From NCBI RefSeq assembly GCF_006345805.1, contig NC_043000.1, positions 79,980,001 through 80,044,000 on the forward strand: DNA of 64,000 bases, read 5' to 3'. The DNA comes from Octopus sinensis. Its lineage: Eukaryota. Shown here one piece after another: positions 40,294 to 54,200 of the stretch (position 1 is its first letter; each line of letters begins with the position of its first letter). A model generated the notes under the pieces. The model was not told the origin of the DNA. It did no database searches and worked only from the letters and a program-made list of their open reading frames with translations. The translations under genes and the position numbers were made by a program.

Positions 40294-40507
40294 AACAACA
40301 TTTTACTGTTTATTCTAAATTATGACATATATCACCTGGAAATGGATGTATGGTATTCAATTAAATAATATAAATGATATATATAAATATGATATATATA
40401 TATATGACGGCGGTGCATCAGCATGGCCGCAGCTCTGAGCTGAAACTAGAGAGATAAAAAATATATACATATATATGCATATATGTATATATGTATATGT
40501 ATATATG

Positions 40508-40573
<66 letters not shown>

Positions 40574-40795
40574 ATACGTATATATGTATATGTGTATATA
40601 TGTTAGTTAGTTAGTTAGTTAATTTGGCTCAAAAGCAAATAGCAAGGCCATGTAGGGGGACATGGAGTTAAGTACATATATATATATGTGTGTATGTATG
40701 TATATATATATCATTTATATTATTTAATTGAATGCCACGCATCCATTTCCAGGTGATATGTTATAATTTAGAATAAGCAGTAAAAAGTTGTCATT

Positions 40796-40856
40796 ATAGT
40801 ACTCGGAGTTTCAAATGTCAGAGCGAAGAGCTACAATGCATTCTCGTCGGCTATTA
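40796..40856 (-). ncRNA. Hammerhead motif, CCGACGA family, copy 3 (inverted relative to copy 2)
   Basis: Reverse complement of 40229-40293 with a G-U pair in stem II. Confidence 0.65.
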
Positions 40857-40903
40857 ATGATTAATGGCAACAGATTCTATGAAAAACTATATATATATAT
40901 ATA

Positions 40904-40945
<42 letters not shown>

Positions 40946-40952
40946 TATATAT

Positions 40953-41351
40953 AGGCGCAGGAGTGGTTGTGTGGTAAGTAGCTTGCTTACCAACCACATG
41001 GTTCCGGGTTCAGCCCCACTGCATGGCATCTTGGCCAAGTATCTTCTGCTATAGCCCCAAGCTGACCAATGCCTTGTGAGTGGATTTGGTAGACGGAAAC
41101 TGAAAGAAGCCTGTCGTATATAAGTAGATTTATGTGTGTGTGTATGTTTGTGTGTCTGTGTTTGTCCCCCTAGCATTGCTTGACAAACGATGCCGGTGTG
41201 TTTATGTCCCCGTCACTTAGCGGTTCGGCAAAAGAGACCGATAGAATAAGTACTGGGCTTACAAACAATAAGTCCCGGGTCGATTTGCTCGACTAAAGGC
41301 GGTGCTCCAGCATGGCCGCAGTCAAATGACTGAAACAAGTAAAAGAGTAAA

Positions 41352-41354
<3 letters not shown>
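40953..41354 (+). mobile_element. tRNA-derived SINE
   Basis: Full head-body-tail match to the 5298-5691 family. Confidence 0.88.
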
Positions 41355-41395
<41 letters not shown>

Positions 41396-41784
41396 AATCA
41401 GGATAGAAAATGCTAAAATAATTTTATAAAGAACATTTCAGTACCGGTTTCAGTCATTGAGACCTTTTCAACTGTAACAATTAAATAATTAAATTTAGAA
41501 AAATTAAAAGGAAGCTTTTATTAAAAGAATATTTGCATAGTGTTCAAATATAAGTGGCATTTTCCTTGTTTCTGCCTTTCTCTGTCTCTCTTGTTTACTC
41601 TTGTGGGTTCGAGGTCGTTGGGAATTCTTAGTAGGGAAGAAAAGAAGGAGGAGGATATATATATATATAATATTATATATATATATATATATATATAGAT
41701 ATATACATATATATATATATAGATATATATATATATATATATTATAATATATATATATATAGATATATATATAGTGTATGTATG

Positions 41785-41817
<33 letters not shown>

Positions 41818-42043
41818 GTATGTATATGTATATATATTATATATATATATATTATATATATATATGTATGTATATATATATGTGTGTATGTATATGTATA
41901 TGTGTATATATATATGTATGTGTGTATGTATATATATATATGTATGTGTGTGTATATATATAATGTATGTATGTATATATATATGTATGTATATATATAT
42001 GTGTGTATGTATATATATGTCTAGGTATATATATGTGTGTGTA

Positions 42044-42095
<52 letters not shown>

Positions 42096-43239
42096 GATAT
42101 ATATTATCTAGTCTACACTGTAAAGTGGTTGGCATTTGGAAGGGCATCTAGTAGTAAAAGCCATGACAAAACTGACCTTGCCTGTGCTGGTGCCACATAA
42201 AATGTACCCAGCACACTCTGTATATTAGTCAACATTAGGAAGGGCATCCAGTCATAAAAACCGTACTAAAACAGACAGAAAGTCTTGTGCAGTTTTCTGT
42301 TTGGCCAGCTCCTGTCAAATCATCCAACTCATGCTGGCACGGAAGGTGGACATTAAACGATGATCATCATCATCACCATCGTCATCATTTATCATCATCA
42401 TTTAATGTCCATTGCCAATGCTGGCATGGGTTGGATGGTTTGACCAGAGCTGACATGCTGGAGAGATGCACTAGGCTCCAGACTGATTTGGCATGGTTTC
42501 TATGGTTGAATGCCTTTCCTAACATTCACCGCTATACAGAGTGTGCTGGGTGCTTTTATGTGGCACTTTGAGAGATCAGCACTTCTTTATGGAGCTGTCA
42601 GCATCCATCTGCATCACATGACCAAACCAGTGGAGTCTTCTCTTTTGCACACAACTAATTCTTCTTATATCTAATTTCTCACTCAAAACACTACCACTCT
42701 GTCAAACATGCACACTTACATTACACATCCAATGGAGCATACTAGCCTCATTTCTTTCGAACCTTTGCATATCCTCTGCATTCAGGGCCCACGTCTCTCT
42801 ACCATGTAGAATTTCTGTTCATAATGATGCATCATACAATTTTCTCATTTGGAGAGAGAAACCTTTTGTATTCAAAAGAGGTAATAGCTTTATGAATTTC
42901 CTTCATCCTATTCTTATTATAGCTATCATATTCTCTGTGCATCCTCACCCATTATTTATTTGGTCCCCCAGGTAGCAAAAATTATCCACTACCTCTAATG
43001 AGCCAGCAGGGCACTTGAGGGAATCAATTTTTCGAGTCTATAGTTTTTATGAATCCTGATCACATATATGTATATATATCATCATCCTCATTTAACGTCT
43101 GCTTTCCATGCTGACTGAAGACTGAGGACTGGCAAGCCAGGAGGCTACATACAGATAGACAGACAGATAGACAAATAGATAGATAAAGAGAGAGAGATAG
43201 TGATTGATAGATAAATAGATAAAGAGAGAGAGATAGAGT

Positions 43240-43287
<48 letters not shown>

Positions 43288-43802
43288 TATAGATAGATAG
43301 ACAGATAGATAGATAGATAGATCACTTCAATTCATGCCAACTGAGTGGAGTATACTTCACTGAGGACGTCTAATAATACTAAAACATGCTGTTGCTTTTA
43401 CTAATTGGCTCTAAAGACCAAATCCATTCCAATGTACAATTTATATTTTAGTTAGTTCTCACAAAGAAGTTCTATGAAATTCTGTCAGTCAAATTGAATG
43501 GAATTGGCACAGTAGCAGTTTGGGCAATCTTCCATTATATCTGATGTTAGAAGTGGTCAAATAATCTATTTTATAAGCATTGTTTCTTATTTGATATTTT
43601 TTTCCTACATTTAATTCTTTTACTTTTTGCAGGCATTAGACTGTGGTCATTCTGATGCTCCACTTTCAAAGGATTTTAGTTGATCGTATCAAATCCAGTT
43701 CTGTTTTCAGTCAAGTATTTGTTTGAGATGTCTATATCTGGATAAGTTCCCAAACTGATGCAGTTTGATTTGCCATTGTATATACATACATTATACATAC
43801 AT

Positions 43803-43845
<43 letters not shown>

Positions 43846-44459
43846 GATACACACACATATATATATAAACATACACAGTTTTTGGATTAACCAGGCTTCC
43901 ATTGGTTTCATATTGAGCGAGAATTTTTATCCACCAATGAAGTGTTCAGCACTTATTCTCACAGCTTGATTTTAACATATGTATATATGTATATATATGT
44001 ATGAGTGTGTGTGTGTGTGTGTAGTGGTTGAGGTGCTGTCACTGCCTCCTCCCAGTGCTTCCCCTCCACTTTTGTAGTTTACATCAAAATCTACTCTCTT
44101 GTTTACCATTTGAATTATGATTTTCTCTGTGACCATAACCAGTATTTTGATTCCTCCATAGTTGCTTCTCTCAAAGGCATCTCTTTTGCCTTTGTAGCAG
44201 TTTATGATGATACTGCATACAAGGGTAGTATCATACAAATGTATAACACCTTGCTGTATAGGATAACTAACTGTGTATGTACACAGGAGCAGGCTTGGCT
44301 GTGTAGTAAGAAATTTGCTTCCCAACTACATGGTTCTGGGTTCAGTCTAACTGTATGACACTTTCGGAAAGTGTCTTCTGTAGCCTTGGGTCAACCAAAG
44401 CCTTGTGAGTGGATTTGTTGAACAGAAACTTAGAAGCCCATTGTATATATGTGTGTGTG

Positions 44460-44830
44460 CAGGTGCAATGGCCCAGAGGTTAGGGCAGTGGACTCATGGT
44501 CGTAGGATCATGGTTTTGATTCCCAGACCAGGTATTGTGGGTGTTTATTGAATGAAAACACCTAAAGCTCCACGAGGCTCTGGCAGAAGGTGGTGGCGAA
44601 CCCTGCTGTACTCTTTCACCACAACTTACTCTCACTCTTTCTTCCTGTTTCTGATATACCTGTATTTCAAAGGGCCAGCCTTGTCACACCCTGTGTCATG
44701 CTGAATCTCCCCGAAAACTATGTTAAGGGTACACATGTCTGTGATGTGTTCAGCCACTTGCACATTAATTTCACGAGCAGGCTGTCCCATTGATTGGATC
44801 AACTGGAACACTTGTCATCATAACAGATGG
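44460..44830 (+). mobile_element. Second tRNA-derived SINE family (partial relatives at about 19200-19440 and 46380-46690)
   Basis: tRNA-like head TGGCCCAGAGGTTAGGGCAGTGG...GGTTTTGATTCCC; shared body gaaaacacctaaagctccacgaggctc...ccctgctgtactctttc. Confidence 0.6.
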
Positions 44831-44840
44831 AGTGCCATGA

Positions 44841-44883
<43 letters not shown>

Positions 44884-45107
44884 ATTTGTGTCTGTTTGTC
44901 CCCTCTGCCACTGCTTGACAACTGGTGTTGGTTGCATTCTTGTAACTTAGTGGCTGGGCAAAAGTACCTAATAGAATAACTACCAGGCTTAAAAACAGTA
45001 CTGGGGTTTATTCCTTCAACTAAAAGTTCTTCAAGATGGCACCCCAGCATGACAAGAGTCTAATGACAGAAACAAGTAAAAGATGGGAGATAGAAGAAAA
45101 AAGACAT

Positions 45108-45141
<34 letters not shown>

Positions 45142-45296
45142 CACAACTATGTGATTACTTATTTAACAATTGACCTGAAAGCAAATTCTAGTATAAACTA
45201 ATTTAGTAATATTCTTGATAGAATAAATCAAGAAATTACATATCTGCTAAATTGTCAGCTCTAAATTCAGACTGTCTTTTGAGCTGTCTTTCTCAG

Positions 45297-45527
45297 CTCT
45301 TATCAAAACATAGAGATAGAATTATGTTATACTCCTGACAGGACAGTCAGTTTTGACTTGTACTTAGACTGTATAGAAAGACTAAACAAGAATGTCATCA
45401 GGGCAAGAAAACTGTACGAAGAGCAAAATAAAAATTTGGTTCTGTATTCTAAAGATGCAGATTGTTGCCAAGTGGCTGTCTCTGATTTACAGTGGAAACA
45501 CCAGAAATATGTTCATACTGTCTATGA
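45297..45527 (+). CDS. Candidate coding exon A of an unidentified gene (phase 2-2, 231 nt)
   Basis: Acceptor ctgtctttctcag and donor ga|gtaaat; open for 77 codons in AT-rich unique sequence: SYQNIEIELCYTPDRTVSFDLYLDCIERLNKNVIRARKLYEEQNKNLVLYSKDADCCQVAVSDLQWKHQKYVHTVYE. Confidence 0.6.
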
Positions 45528-45621
45528 GTAAATCAAATTGAATAAAGAATTCAGACATTTAGCAAAAGTTTATATATTAAATATTCTAGGTTACTGGTGT
45601 GATCAGTAAACATAAAACTCA

Positions 45622-45662
<41 letters not shown>

Positions 45663-45730
45663 CACACACATCTATATAGATGTATATATATGTATACAGA
45701 AAGAGGTATAGATATAGATGTTTTGCTTAG

Positions 45731-45771
45731 GCATAGTGATACTAATAACCTGATGTTAGAACTCAATATAT
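45731..45771 (+). CDS. Candidate coding exon B (phase 2-1, 41 nt)
   Basis: Acceptor gttttgcttag and donor t|gtatgc; HSDTNNLMLELNI; bridges the phases of exons A and C exactly. Confidence 0.5.
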
Positions 45772-45891
45772 GTATGCTTCGGGATAAAGTGTCAGTTGAG
45801 TGCAGAGTGTAGTGTGAAATTAAATAGATCACAAGGAAATAAGTAATTATGTAGTGAACTTCAGTAGCATATTAACTGTTTCTGCTTCAAG

Positions 45892-45956
45892 GGAGCTATA
45901 AGGTGATGCACAAACATTCAGGTCTAAGTGCAATGAATCTCATAGCAGAAACAACT
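45892..45956 (+). CDS. Candidate coding exon C (phase 1-0, 65 nt)
   Basis: Acceptor tttctgcttcaag and donor act|gtaagc; the only open frame is WSYKVMHKHSGLSAMNLIAETT. Confidence 0.5.
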
Positions 45957-47714
45957 GTAAGCTAATGAAGTTCATTGCATAATTTCCTGTTTGTCATTTA
46001 TCTAATTTCTTTCACATACATACATGTATGTATATACATCATCATCATCATCATCATTTAGTATCTGCCTTCCTTGCTGGCATGAGTTGGACAGTTTGAC
46101 AGGAGCTGGCCAGGCAGGAGCCTGCACCAGACTTGTGTCTGTTTTGGCAGGGTTTTATAGCTGGATGTCCTTCTTAGCACCAACCACCCACCAGAGTGGA
46201 CTGAGTGCTTTTTTACATTACACAAGCACAAATGAGGTCAGTTTTGCCAAGGTTTTTACAGCTGGATGGTGTTCCAAATGCCAACCACTTTACAATGTGG
46301 TCTAGATGCTGTTTACATGGCGTCAGTACTGGCAGGGTCATTAAGTAACCTGCAAGACAATGATCATATATATATATATTTGTGCATGGAGGCACATGAC
46401 TCAGTGGTTTCAGTATTTGGCTCATGACCATAAGGTTGTGAGTTTGATACTCAGTGGTGCATTGAGCCCTTGAGCAAGTCACTTACTTCACATTGCTCTA
46501 GTCCATTCAACAAGCAAAAATGAGTAGTAGCTGTATTTCAAAAATTCAGCTTGATCACTTTCTGTATCATGCTGAATCTCCTGAGAATCATGTTGAGGGT
46601 ATGCATGTTTGTGTCAGCCACTTCTAAGTTAATTTTATGTGCAAGCTGTCCCTTTGATTGGATCAACTGGAACACCTGTTACCATAACCAATGGAGTACC
46701 AGTTTCAGAAGAGGTAGACCCAGGAAGACATGGAACAAGGTGGTGAAGCATGATCTTTGAAAGTTCAGCCTCACAGAGGCAATGACAAGTGACCAAGACT
46801 TTTGGCAATATGCCGTGCTTGAGAAGACCCATCAAACCAAGTGAAATCATAGTCATGGGCGATGCCATTGTTGCCTAACTGTGGCATCCATGCCTGCGGC
46901 ATGTAAAAAGCACCTACTTCCCTATTGGAGTGATTGGTGTTAGGAAAAGCATCCAGCTGTAGAAACCATGCCAAATCAGATTGGAACCTGGTGCAGCTTC
47001 CCAGCTTACCAGTTTTCAGTTAAACTAACTGACCTATGCCAACATGGAAAACGGACTTTAAATGATAATGACGATGACAATGATATATATAGTTAGATTT
47101 CAGGATGGTTATTTTTTCTTCTTGCCAAAAATCACATGCACTATATATTCATTTTTTCCCCATTTATTATTGTTCTTATTTTATCCCATGTCCATTGTCT
47201 GAAAATCTTTCATCACACAACTGTGACCTCTTCAGTGACTCTTCCATCCATGTGTATCCTCCTGTTCTGTTTAGACCATTCTGTTTTTATATATGTATAT
47301 GTAATGTGAGTGTACAGGGATAAAATTAACCAGGTAGGTACTGTGAAAACTCTTAAGTATATTCCAGATTTTGGCTAACTATCAAGTAGTAATAAGCATC
47401 AATGATCGCTTGATATTAACAAGCACACTGTAATTCTTCTGATAGATAATTCCAGGTTCGCTTCCCTGGATTATACATATTATCAGGAGTGTACTCCTGA
47501 AGCATGGTTTGAAGTGAACTATGCTTGTTGAAGGACCCTGAATGAAGATGCACAGATTATGCGGGTTTGCATGTGCAACTGCATATACTCTGTACAGCAG
47601 AAGCACATGTCGTTGTAACCAAATGATTTATGCTATATAAACTGTAAAATTAAAAAGAAAATTTGATGATGTATTCTTTATAATTATTTGAAATATATAC
47701 ATATAAAAGGGAAG

Positions 47715-50030
47715 CTAGGAGTCAGTTATATATAGCCAAGAGAGTAGCAGAATAGAAAATGTTTGCCAATGTCCAGTGATGTGAGGACCAAACAACTGAA
47801 GTATTTTGGATCGCAAGACAGTGTGTGAGAGAAAATCGTGATGTCATAGGAGAGAAATGTGTCTGCATGGATGATGGTGCCCTTGCATTTAATGATTCAG
47901 TAAAAAGAGAGGCTTAGAGATGCCATTATGAAAGACTGCTGAATGTGGAGAATGAATGGGAGGAGTAGAGTCTGCTAAAGGTTGACCCAATTGAGGGACC
48001 AGCCACTTGAATCGACAGTACCCTGGTAGATAAAGCAATTAAGGATATGAAGAGAGGGAAAGCACCTGGCCCATCAGGAATCACTGCTGAGATGCTTGAA
48101 AATATCAGGCAGTGTGGATTATGGTCTTGTCATCTGCATCATAAACCAGGTAGTTCATGAAGGAGTCATACCCAATGACTGGTGTAGCAGAACCATAGTT
48201 AACTGCTACAAGGGTAAAGGTATCAAATTATTGGATCAGGTGATGAAAGTTACAGAGAGGGCCATAGCCCAACTAATTATAGAAAGAGTTATTCTAGATG
48301 AGATACAATTTGGTTTTGTACCACTGATGCTATATCTCTGGTAAGGAAACTGCAGGAGATATATCTAGCTAAAGATAAACCTCAGTACTTGGCTTTTGTT
48401 GACTTGGAGGAAGCCTTTGACATGGTCCCCCAATCCCTTGTCTGGTGGTCAATGTGGAAACTGGGAATAGATGAGTGGTTGGTAAGAGCTGTATAAGCCC
48501 TGTACAGGGATGCTGTCAGTAAGGTGAGTGTTGGCAACGAGTATAGTGAAGAATTTCAGGTAGAGGTAGGGGTCCACCAAGGTTCAGTCCTCAGACCCTC
48601 TTATTCATTATAGCCCACCAAGCAATAACAGAGGAAACAATACAGGCTGCTCTTGGGAGCATCTCTATGCTGATGATCTTGCTCTAATAGCCGAGTCACA
48701 GTCAGAACTAGAGATGAAGTTTAGGGTGTGGAAGCAAGGTTAAGAATCAAAGGGCCTTAGGATTAACGTAGCAAAAAACAAAGTCTTAGTAAGTAGGAAG
48801 GCTGTCAAATCACAACCCCTTCAGAAAGATGGCCCTGCTCGATCTGTAGAAAAGGCATATGATGTACCCAGTGTAAGCTATGAACACATAAAAGGTGCAG
48901 CAATATCAAAGGAAGGTTAAATGGGAAGATGTTTTTTGTGTGTGGCAGATGCACTGGGGCAATAAATACTGAAAATATACAGAAAACAGATTTGATCATA
49001 TGCCAGGGAGAAAAACTAGAAGCAGGTAATAGCTTCCACTACCTAGGTGACCAAATCTGTCATGGGGGTAGTTGCTCTGAGAGTGTAGTGGCTAGAATAA
49101 GAAGAGCCTGAGCAAAGTTCAGGGAGCTTCTACCTCTGCTGGCAACTAAGGGCCTCTCACTGAGGATGAAAGGTAGACTGTATGATGCAGGTGCATGAAA
49201 CACCATGCTACATGGCAGTGAAACATGGACCATGACTGCTGAGGACATGCGTAGTCTTGAAAGAAATGAAGCTAGTATGATCCGCTGGATGTGTAATGTC
49301 AGTGTGCATGCTCAGTAAGTGCCCTGAGAGAAAAGTTGGACATAAGAAGCATCAAATGTGGTGTGCAAGAGAGATGACTGTACTAGTATGGTCATGTGTT
49401 ATGTATGGATGAAGGCAGCTGTGTGAGGAAGTGCAACTCCCTAACTGTGGAAGGATCTTGTTGAAGAGGTAAACCCAGGAAGACATGGGATGAGGTGGTG
49501 AAGCATGACCTTCGAACATTGGGCCTCACAGAGACAATGACAGGAGACTGAGACCTATGGAGATATGCTGTGAGATTGCAGCCATGGCTGATGTCAGTGT
49601 TGCATGTCCGACCTATTTAATAGTACCCCTGATGTGTCGGAGAATATGATATGCTTGAGAAGACCTGTTGAGTTAAGTAATACCAAAATCGTAGCTTTGG
49701 CCAGGTCTGCCTGACTGGCTCCCATGCTGGTCGCACATAAAAAAGCACCAGCTGAACATGACTGATGCCAGTACCCCATGACTGGCTCCTGTCCTGGCGG
49801 CATGTAAAAAGCACTATCTGAACATGATTGATGCCAGGACTGTCTGCTGGTCCCCGTGCAAGCAGCATGTAAAAAGCACTTACTACACTCTCAGAGTGGT
49901 TGGCATTAGGAAGGGCAATATAGATTGGAGCCTGGTGCAGCTGCTGGCTCTCCAGACCTCAGTCAGACCGTCCAACCCATGCTAGTATGGGAAATGGACG
50001 TTAAACGATGATGATGATGATGATGATGAT
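47715..50030 (+). mobile_element. Older RTE-clade LINE copy, heavily decayed
   Basis: Homologous RT region (HLYADD near 48660), 3' UTR and (GAT)n tail. Confidence 0.88.
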
Positions 50031-50485
50031 ACATACATACATACATGCAAAAATTAATATAAACAGCTATGTGCAATGTGACATCATAAAGGAAAAATAC
50101 AATCGTCTCTAAATACAGCTAAGAGTGCCAAGGCACCTACATTGCTAGAAATAAGTGCTAAAATGCTGCAGCTGAATGAGTGGTCCTTACTGATAAAGGC
50201 TATGATAACAGCTGAAACTGGATGTTCAACTAAGGAATTCTTGAGTCTGTGTTTTGGGTAATTGCAGTCTCTGTCAGCATATATGTATACATTTATGTGC
50301 TTTTCCTACAGCATTAGGGGCTTTTTAGCTCTTATTTCTAGCAATGTAGGTATCTTGACACCCTTAGTCACATTTAGTGATGATCGTATTTTTCCTTTAT
50401 TGAGTCACATTGTGCATAGCTGTTTATACTAATTTTTGTTTACACATTAGTGATCCACTAAATCATCCATAATTTTTTATGGTAA

Positions 50486-50651
50486 AGGAGTGGCTGTAGG
50501 GTAAGTAGCTTGCTTACAAACCACATGGTTCTGGGTTCAGTCCCACTGTGTGGCACCTTGGGCAAGTGTCTTCTACCATAGCCTCGGGCCAACCAAAGCC
50601 TTGTCAGTGGATTTGGTAGACGGAAACTGAAAGAAGCCCGTTGTATATATA

Positions 50652-50731
<80 letters not shown>

Positions 50732-50944
50732 GTGTGTATGTGTTTGTGTGTCTGTGTTTGTCCCCCCAAATCACTTGGCAACTGATGCTGGTGTGTTTAT
50801 GTCCCTGTAACTTAGCAGTTTGGTAAAAGAGATCGATAGAATAAGTACTAGGCTTACAAAGAATAAGTCCTGGGGTTGATTTGCTCAACTAAAGGCGATG
50901 CTCCAGCATGGCCACAGTCAAATGACTGAAACAAGAGAATAAAG
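50486..50944 (+). mobile_element. tRNA-derived SINE
   Basis: Match to the 5298-5691 family. Confidence 0.85.
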
Positions 50945-51084
50945 ACTATGCTGATGGGAGGATTGGCCTGGAATCAGCCAAATGAGTGGTCCTTACTGAT
51001 GAAGGGTATGGAAATATCTGAATCTGACATTCAGTCTAAAGAATTCTTGAGTCAGATTTTTGGGCAGTTGCAGTCCCTGTCAGC

Positions 51085-51126
<42 letters not shown>

Positions 51127-51218
51127 TATTCCTACAACATTAGGAACATTTTAGCTCATATTTCTAGCAATGTAGGTGTCTTGAAACCTTTAATCGCATT
51201 TAGTGATGATTGTATCTT

Positions 51219-51261
<43 letters not shown>

Positions 51262-51658
51262 GTATGTGTGTGTGCTTGTGTGTGTGATTGCTAATGGGTG
51301 GAAATGATTGTTGTACCAAATAAAGACTAGTGCTTAATCTATCTTCCATTTCCTTCATCACTTATTATTGTTATTATATATATATATATATATATATCTG
51401 CACATATTGTTAATAGCATATAAATTTAGATACATAGAGAGATATGAAATAAATCATTATCAATGGTGGAACTTAAAGTAGAAGAAACTGTAAGTACCTG
51501 CATGTAAAGAATATTGGGATTAAAAAGCCTCTTGGAAGGAAAATGTTGGAAGTTTAAAAATATCTGACATGTTTACCGAGAGTATGAGTTTGCATCTCAC
51601 AAGCAGCCTTTAATTTTTTTCATCTAAGGAGATTTTTTAAACCCAATATTGACATGGT

Positions 51659-51694
<36 letters not shown>

Positions 51695-52147
51695 TATTGA
51701 CTTTGAATTTCACCTTTAGAAACAATATACATATATGTGTATGTATTTACACACACACACATATGCCTGAGGCCATGATAGAAGACTCTTGCCCCAAGTG
51801 CCACGTGGGACCTGGAACCTTGTAGTTGGGAAGCAAGCTTCTTACCACACAGCCATGCCAACAGCATGATAGATCGCTAGCCACTAGACAAATTTTTTTC
51901 TCTCTTTGTTTCTCTCCTTGTTTCTTTCTGTGGTCCTTTCTGTGGAAGAGTGTAGGCTTGTAATATTAAAGACTTTTTCAATTCTCGAGTGTTATACCAA
52001 TACATCTGTTTGTTTTCTACACCACCTGTCTTTGTCTTTTGCTTTTTTGTGAATTCTCCCTATATATATGTGTATATATATATATATTTCGTTTTTGGAT
52101 TTGGTTTGCAAGATTCTTTATATGAGTTCGTGTGTTGAAGCATATTC

Positions 52148-52445
52148 TGTTGTGTCTGGGGAGAGTCATTCCCTTTTAGTGCCTTATTATTTAACACATT
52201 CACTGGTAAAATTTCCACTTATTTCTTATTTTTATTTTCTAAAATTTTCGTTGTGTCTTGCAACCTTTTCAATAGTCTTGTCTATCATGTATATTTGTTG
52301 AAAATAGAGTCAAAACTATTGAAAAGGTTGCAAGACGCAACAAAAATTTTAGAAAATAAAAATAAGAGATAAGTGGAAATTTTACCGGTGCGTGTGTTAA
52401 ATAATAAGGCACTAAAAGAGAATGACTCTCCCCAGACACAACAGT
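52148..52445. repeat. Inverted repeat, arms about 133 bp, 30-bp spacer, PLE-tail-like
   Basis: 52148-52280 versus 52311-52445 are reverse complements with scattered mismatches. Confidence 0.8.
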
Positions 52446-52708
52446 ATATATATATATACTATGCACACCTTTCATTGCCGTGCATATTATAAGGTCTGCA
52501 AATCTAACGGAGGCCTCAAAAGATATTTTTAAGATCCACAAAGATCAGAACTTAACTGCAGCTCTTGGTGGTCCAGATCAGATATGCAATCTATGAGGGT
52601 GTCTTTACAATAAATTGTCTGGTTTAAAAAGCCACATCAGACACCATGATAGATATAAGGTATAAGTACTAGAGGTGATCAGACTCTGTGCAAGGACTAG
52701 AAACCCGC

Positions 52709-52756
<48 letters not shown>

Positions 52757-52757
52757 A

Positions 52758-52824
<67 letters not shown>

Positions 52825-53278
52825 GAGTTTTTGTCCACCAAATTACACAACGAAGCTATTTGTCTAAGTGGCACTTAAGTTGCAAATACTTGCACCTGGT
52901 GTCCCACTGTGGGATCAGACCCCAAACCATTTAGTTGCAAAGTGAGTTTTTTAACAAAACAGTCATTCATTCTACCAAATTTGACACATTTTTTTACTCT
53001 TATTTATCTTTGTACATTTAATTATATTAATTGATCCATGAAATATTAACTGCATGCTGTTATTGTTGTTGTATAGCCTTGGACAGCTCTGAGCAGATCA
53101 ATGCTACAAATGATATCAGCTATCACATAAAGCAACTGACTAGCATAATTAGCCCATAGTTGCCATACCGTTGTTCTGGGACATTTTCAACAAATATACA
53201 TGATAGACAGACAGATAGATAGATTGATAGATAAATAGATAGACAGACAGACATGTATGTATGCATGTAAGATATATA

Positions 53279-53324
<46 letters not shown>

Positions 53325-53439
53325 CATGCACTAATTCCTTTAATTGACTCAATACCAAATTTATTTAATTGTATATTATCTATGTTTATATAACTGTGTG
53401 CATGAGTGTATATGTATGAGTGTATGTATATGCATGTGT

Positions 53440-54200
53440 AGATTTGTCTGTCTATCTGTCTGTGAAGATAAGTGTAGGGTCCATGGGAAAAATCATTCAT
53501 GACTATTTGCACATGTGGAAGTTGTCTGCCCAATAGATTCCTCATATACTCACACCTTTTCAGATGCAGGAAATGAGTCAATTGCTCTCAGGCTCTTTAG
53601 GCAATGTTCCAAGAAAACGGGCAGATTTATCACATACAATAAAACATGAGCTCATCATTATGTTCCTGAGACTAAAGTCCAGTTGAAGTAATGGAAGTAG
53701 GATAACTCATCACCACCAAAGAAGGCTCATGTCCAAGCCTCAGCAGCCAAGGTGATACTCACAGTCTTTTGGGACCAGCACTGAATAGTGATGATGGATT
53801 TTCAGGCAAAGAGTACCACAGTTAATGAGGCATATTATGCTTCTCTGCTGCAGAAATTGTGGGACACCATCAAAGCAGAGAGGCATGGGATGCTGACCAA
53901 AGAAGTCCACCCCAGATAACGCCCCAGTTCACAATGCACATGTTGCCCAAATGAAAGCACACTCCCGTGGCTATAAAATCCTTCCTCATCCTCCTTTTTC
54001 TCCCATCCTCCTTACTCTCCTGACCTCCACCTCTTTCCAACCATGAAGTCTTTTTCAAAGAGGAGACACTTTGTGCTAAACCTACAAGTGGCATATTGCA
54101 GTATGAAGGGCAAAACAAACAAGTTTGTAAAAACTCCTCCCTAGAATGACTTAGAATCATTTGGTGTCTGTGTGGGAGGATAATTTGGAATGTAAAATGG
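53440..54200 (+). mobile_element. Mariner fragment, same family as 59086-60377
   Basis: Decayed IIHDYLHMWKLSAQ*IPHILT, SSPPKKAHVQ and DNAPVHN motifs. Confidence 0.75.

Noticed and set aside
41521-42200. Long Y/I/H/T/C/V-rich ORFs here and throughout (e.g. 2723, 14278, 18549, 20461, 33773, 52605)
   Set aside because: Translations of (TA)n, (CA)n, (TAGA)n and trinucleotide microsatellites; no coding signal.
50118-50260. 46-codon open stretch with splice-like ends
   Set aside because: Part of a repeat of about 250 bp duplicated at 50978-51220 with an internal inverted repeat; not unique sequence.
52480-52650. C2H2 zinc-finger-like remnant (CKSNGGLKR..KIH; GLKSHIRHH)
   Set aside because: Broken by stops and frameshifts, and resembles LINE C-terminal fingers rather than a host ZNF gene.
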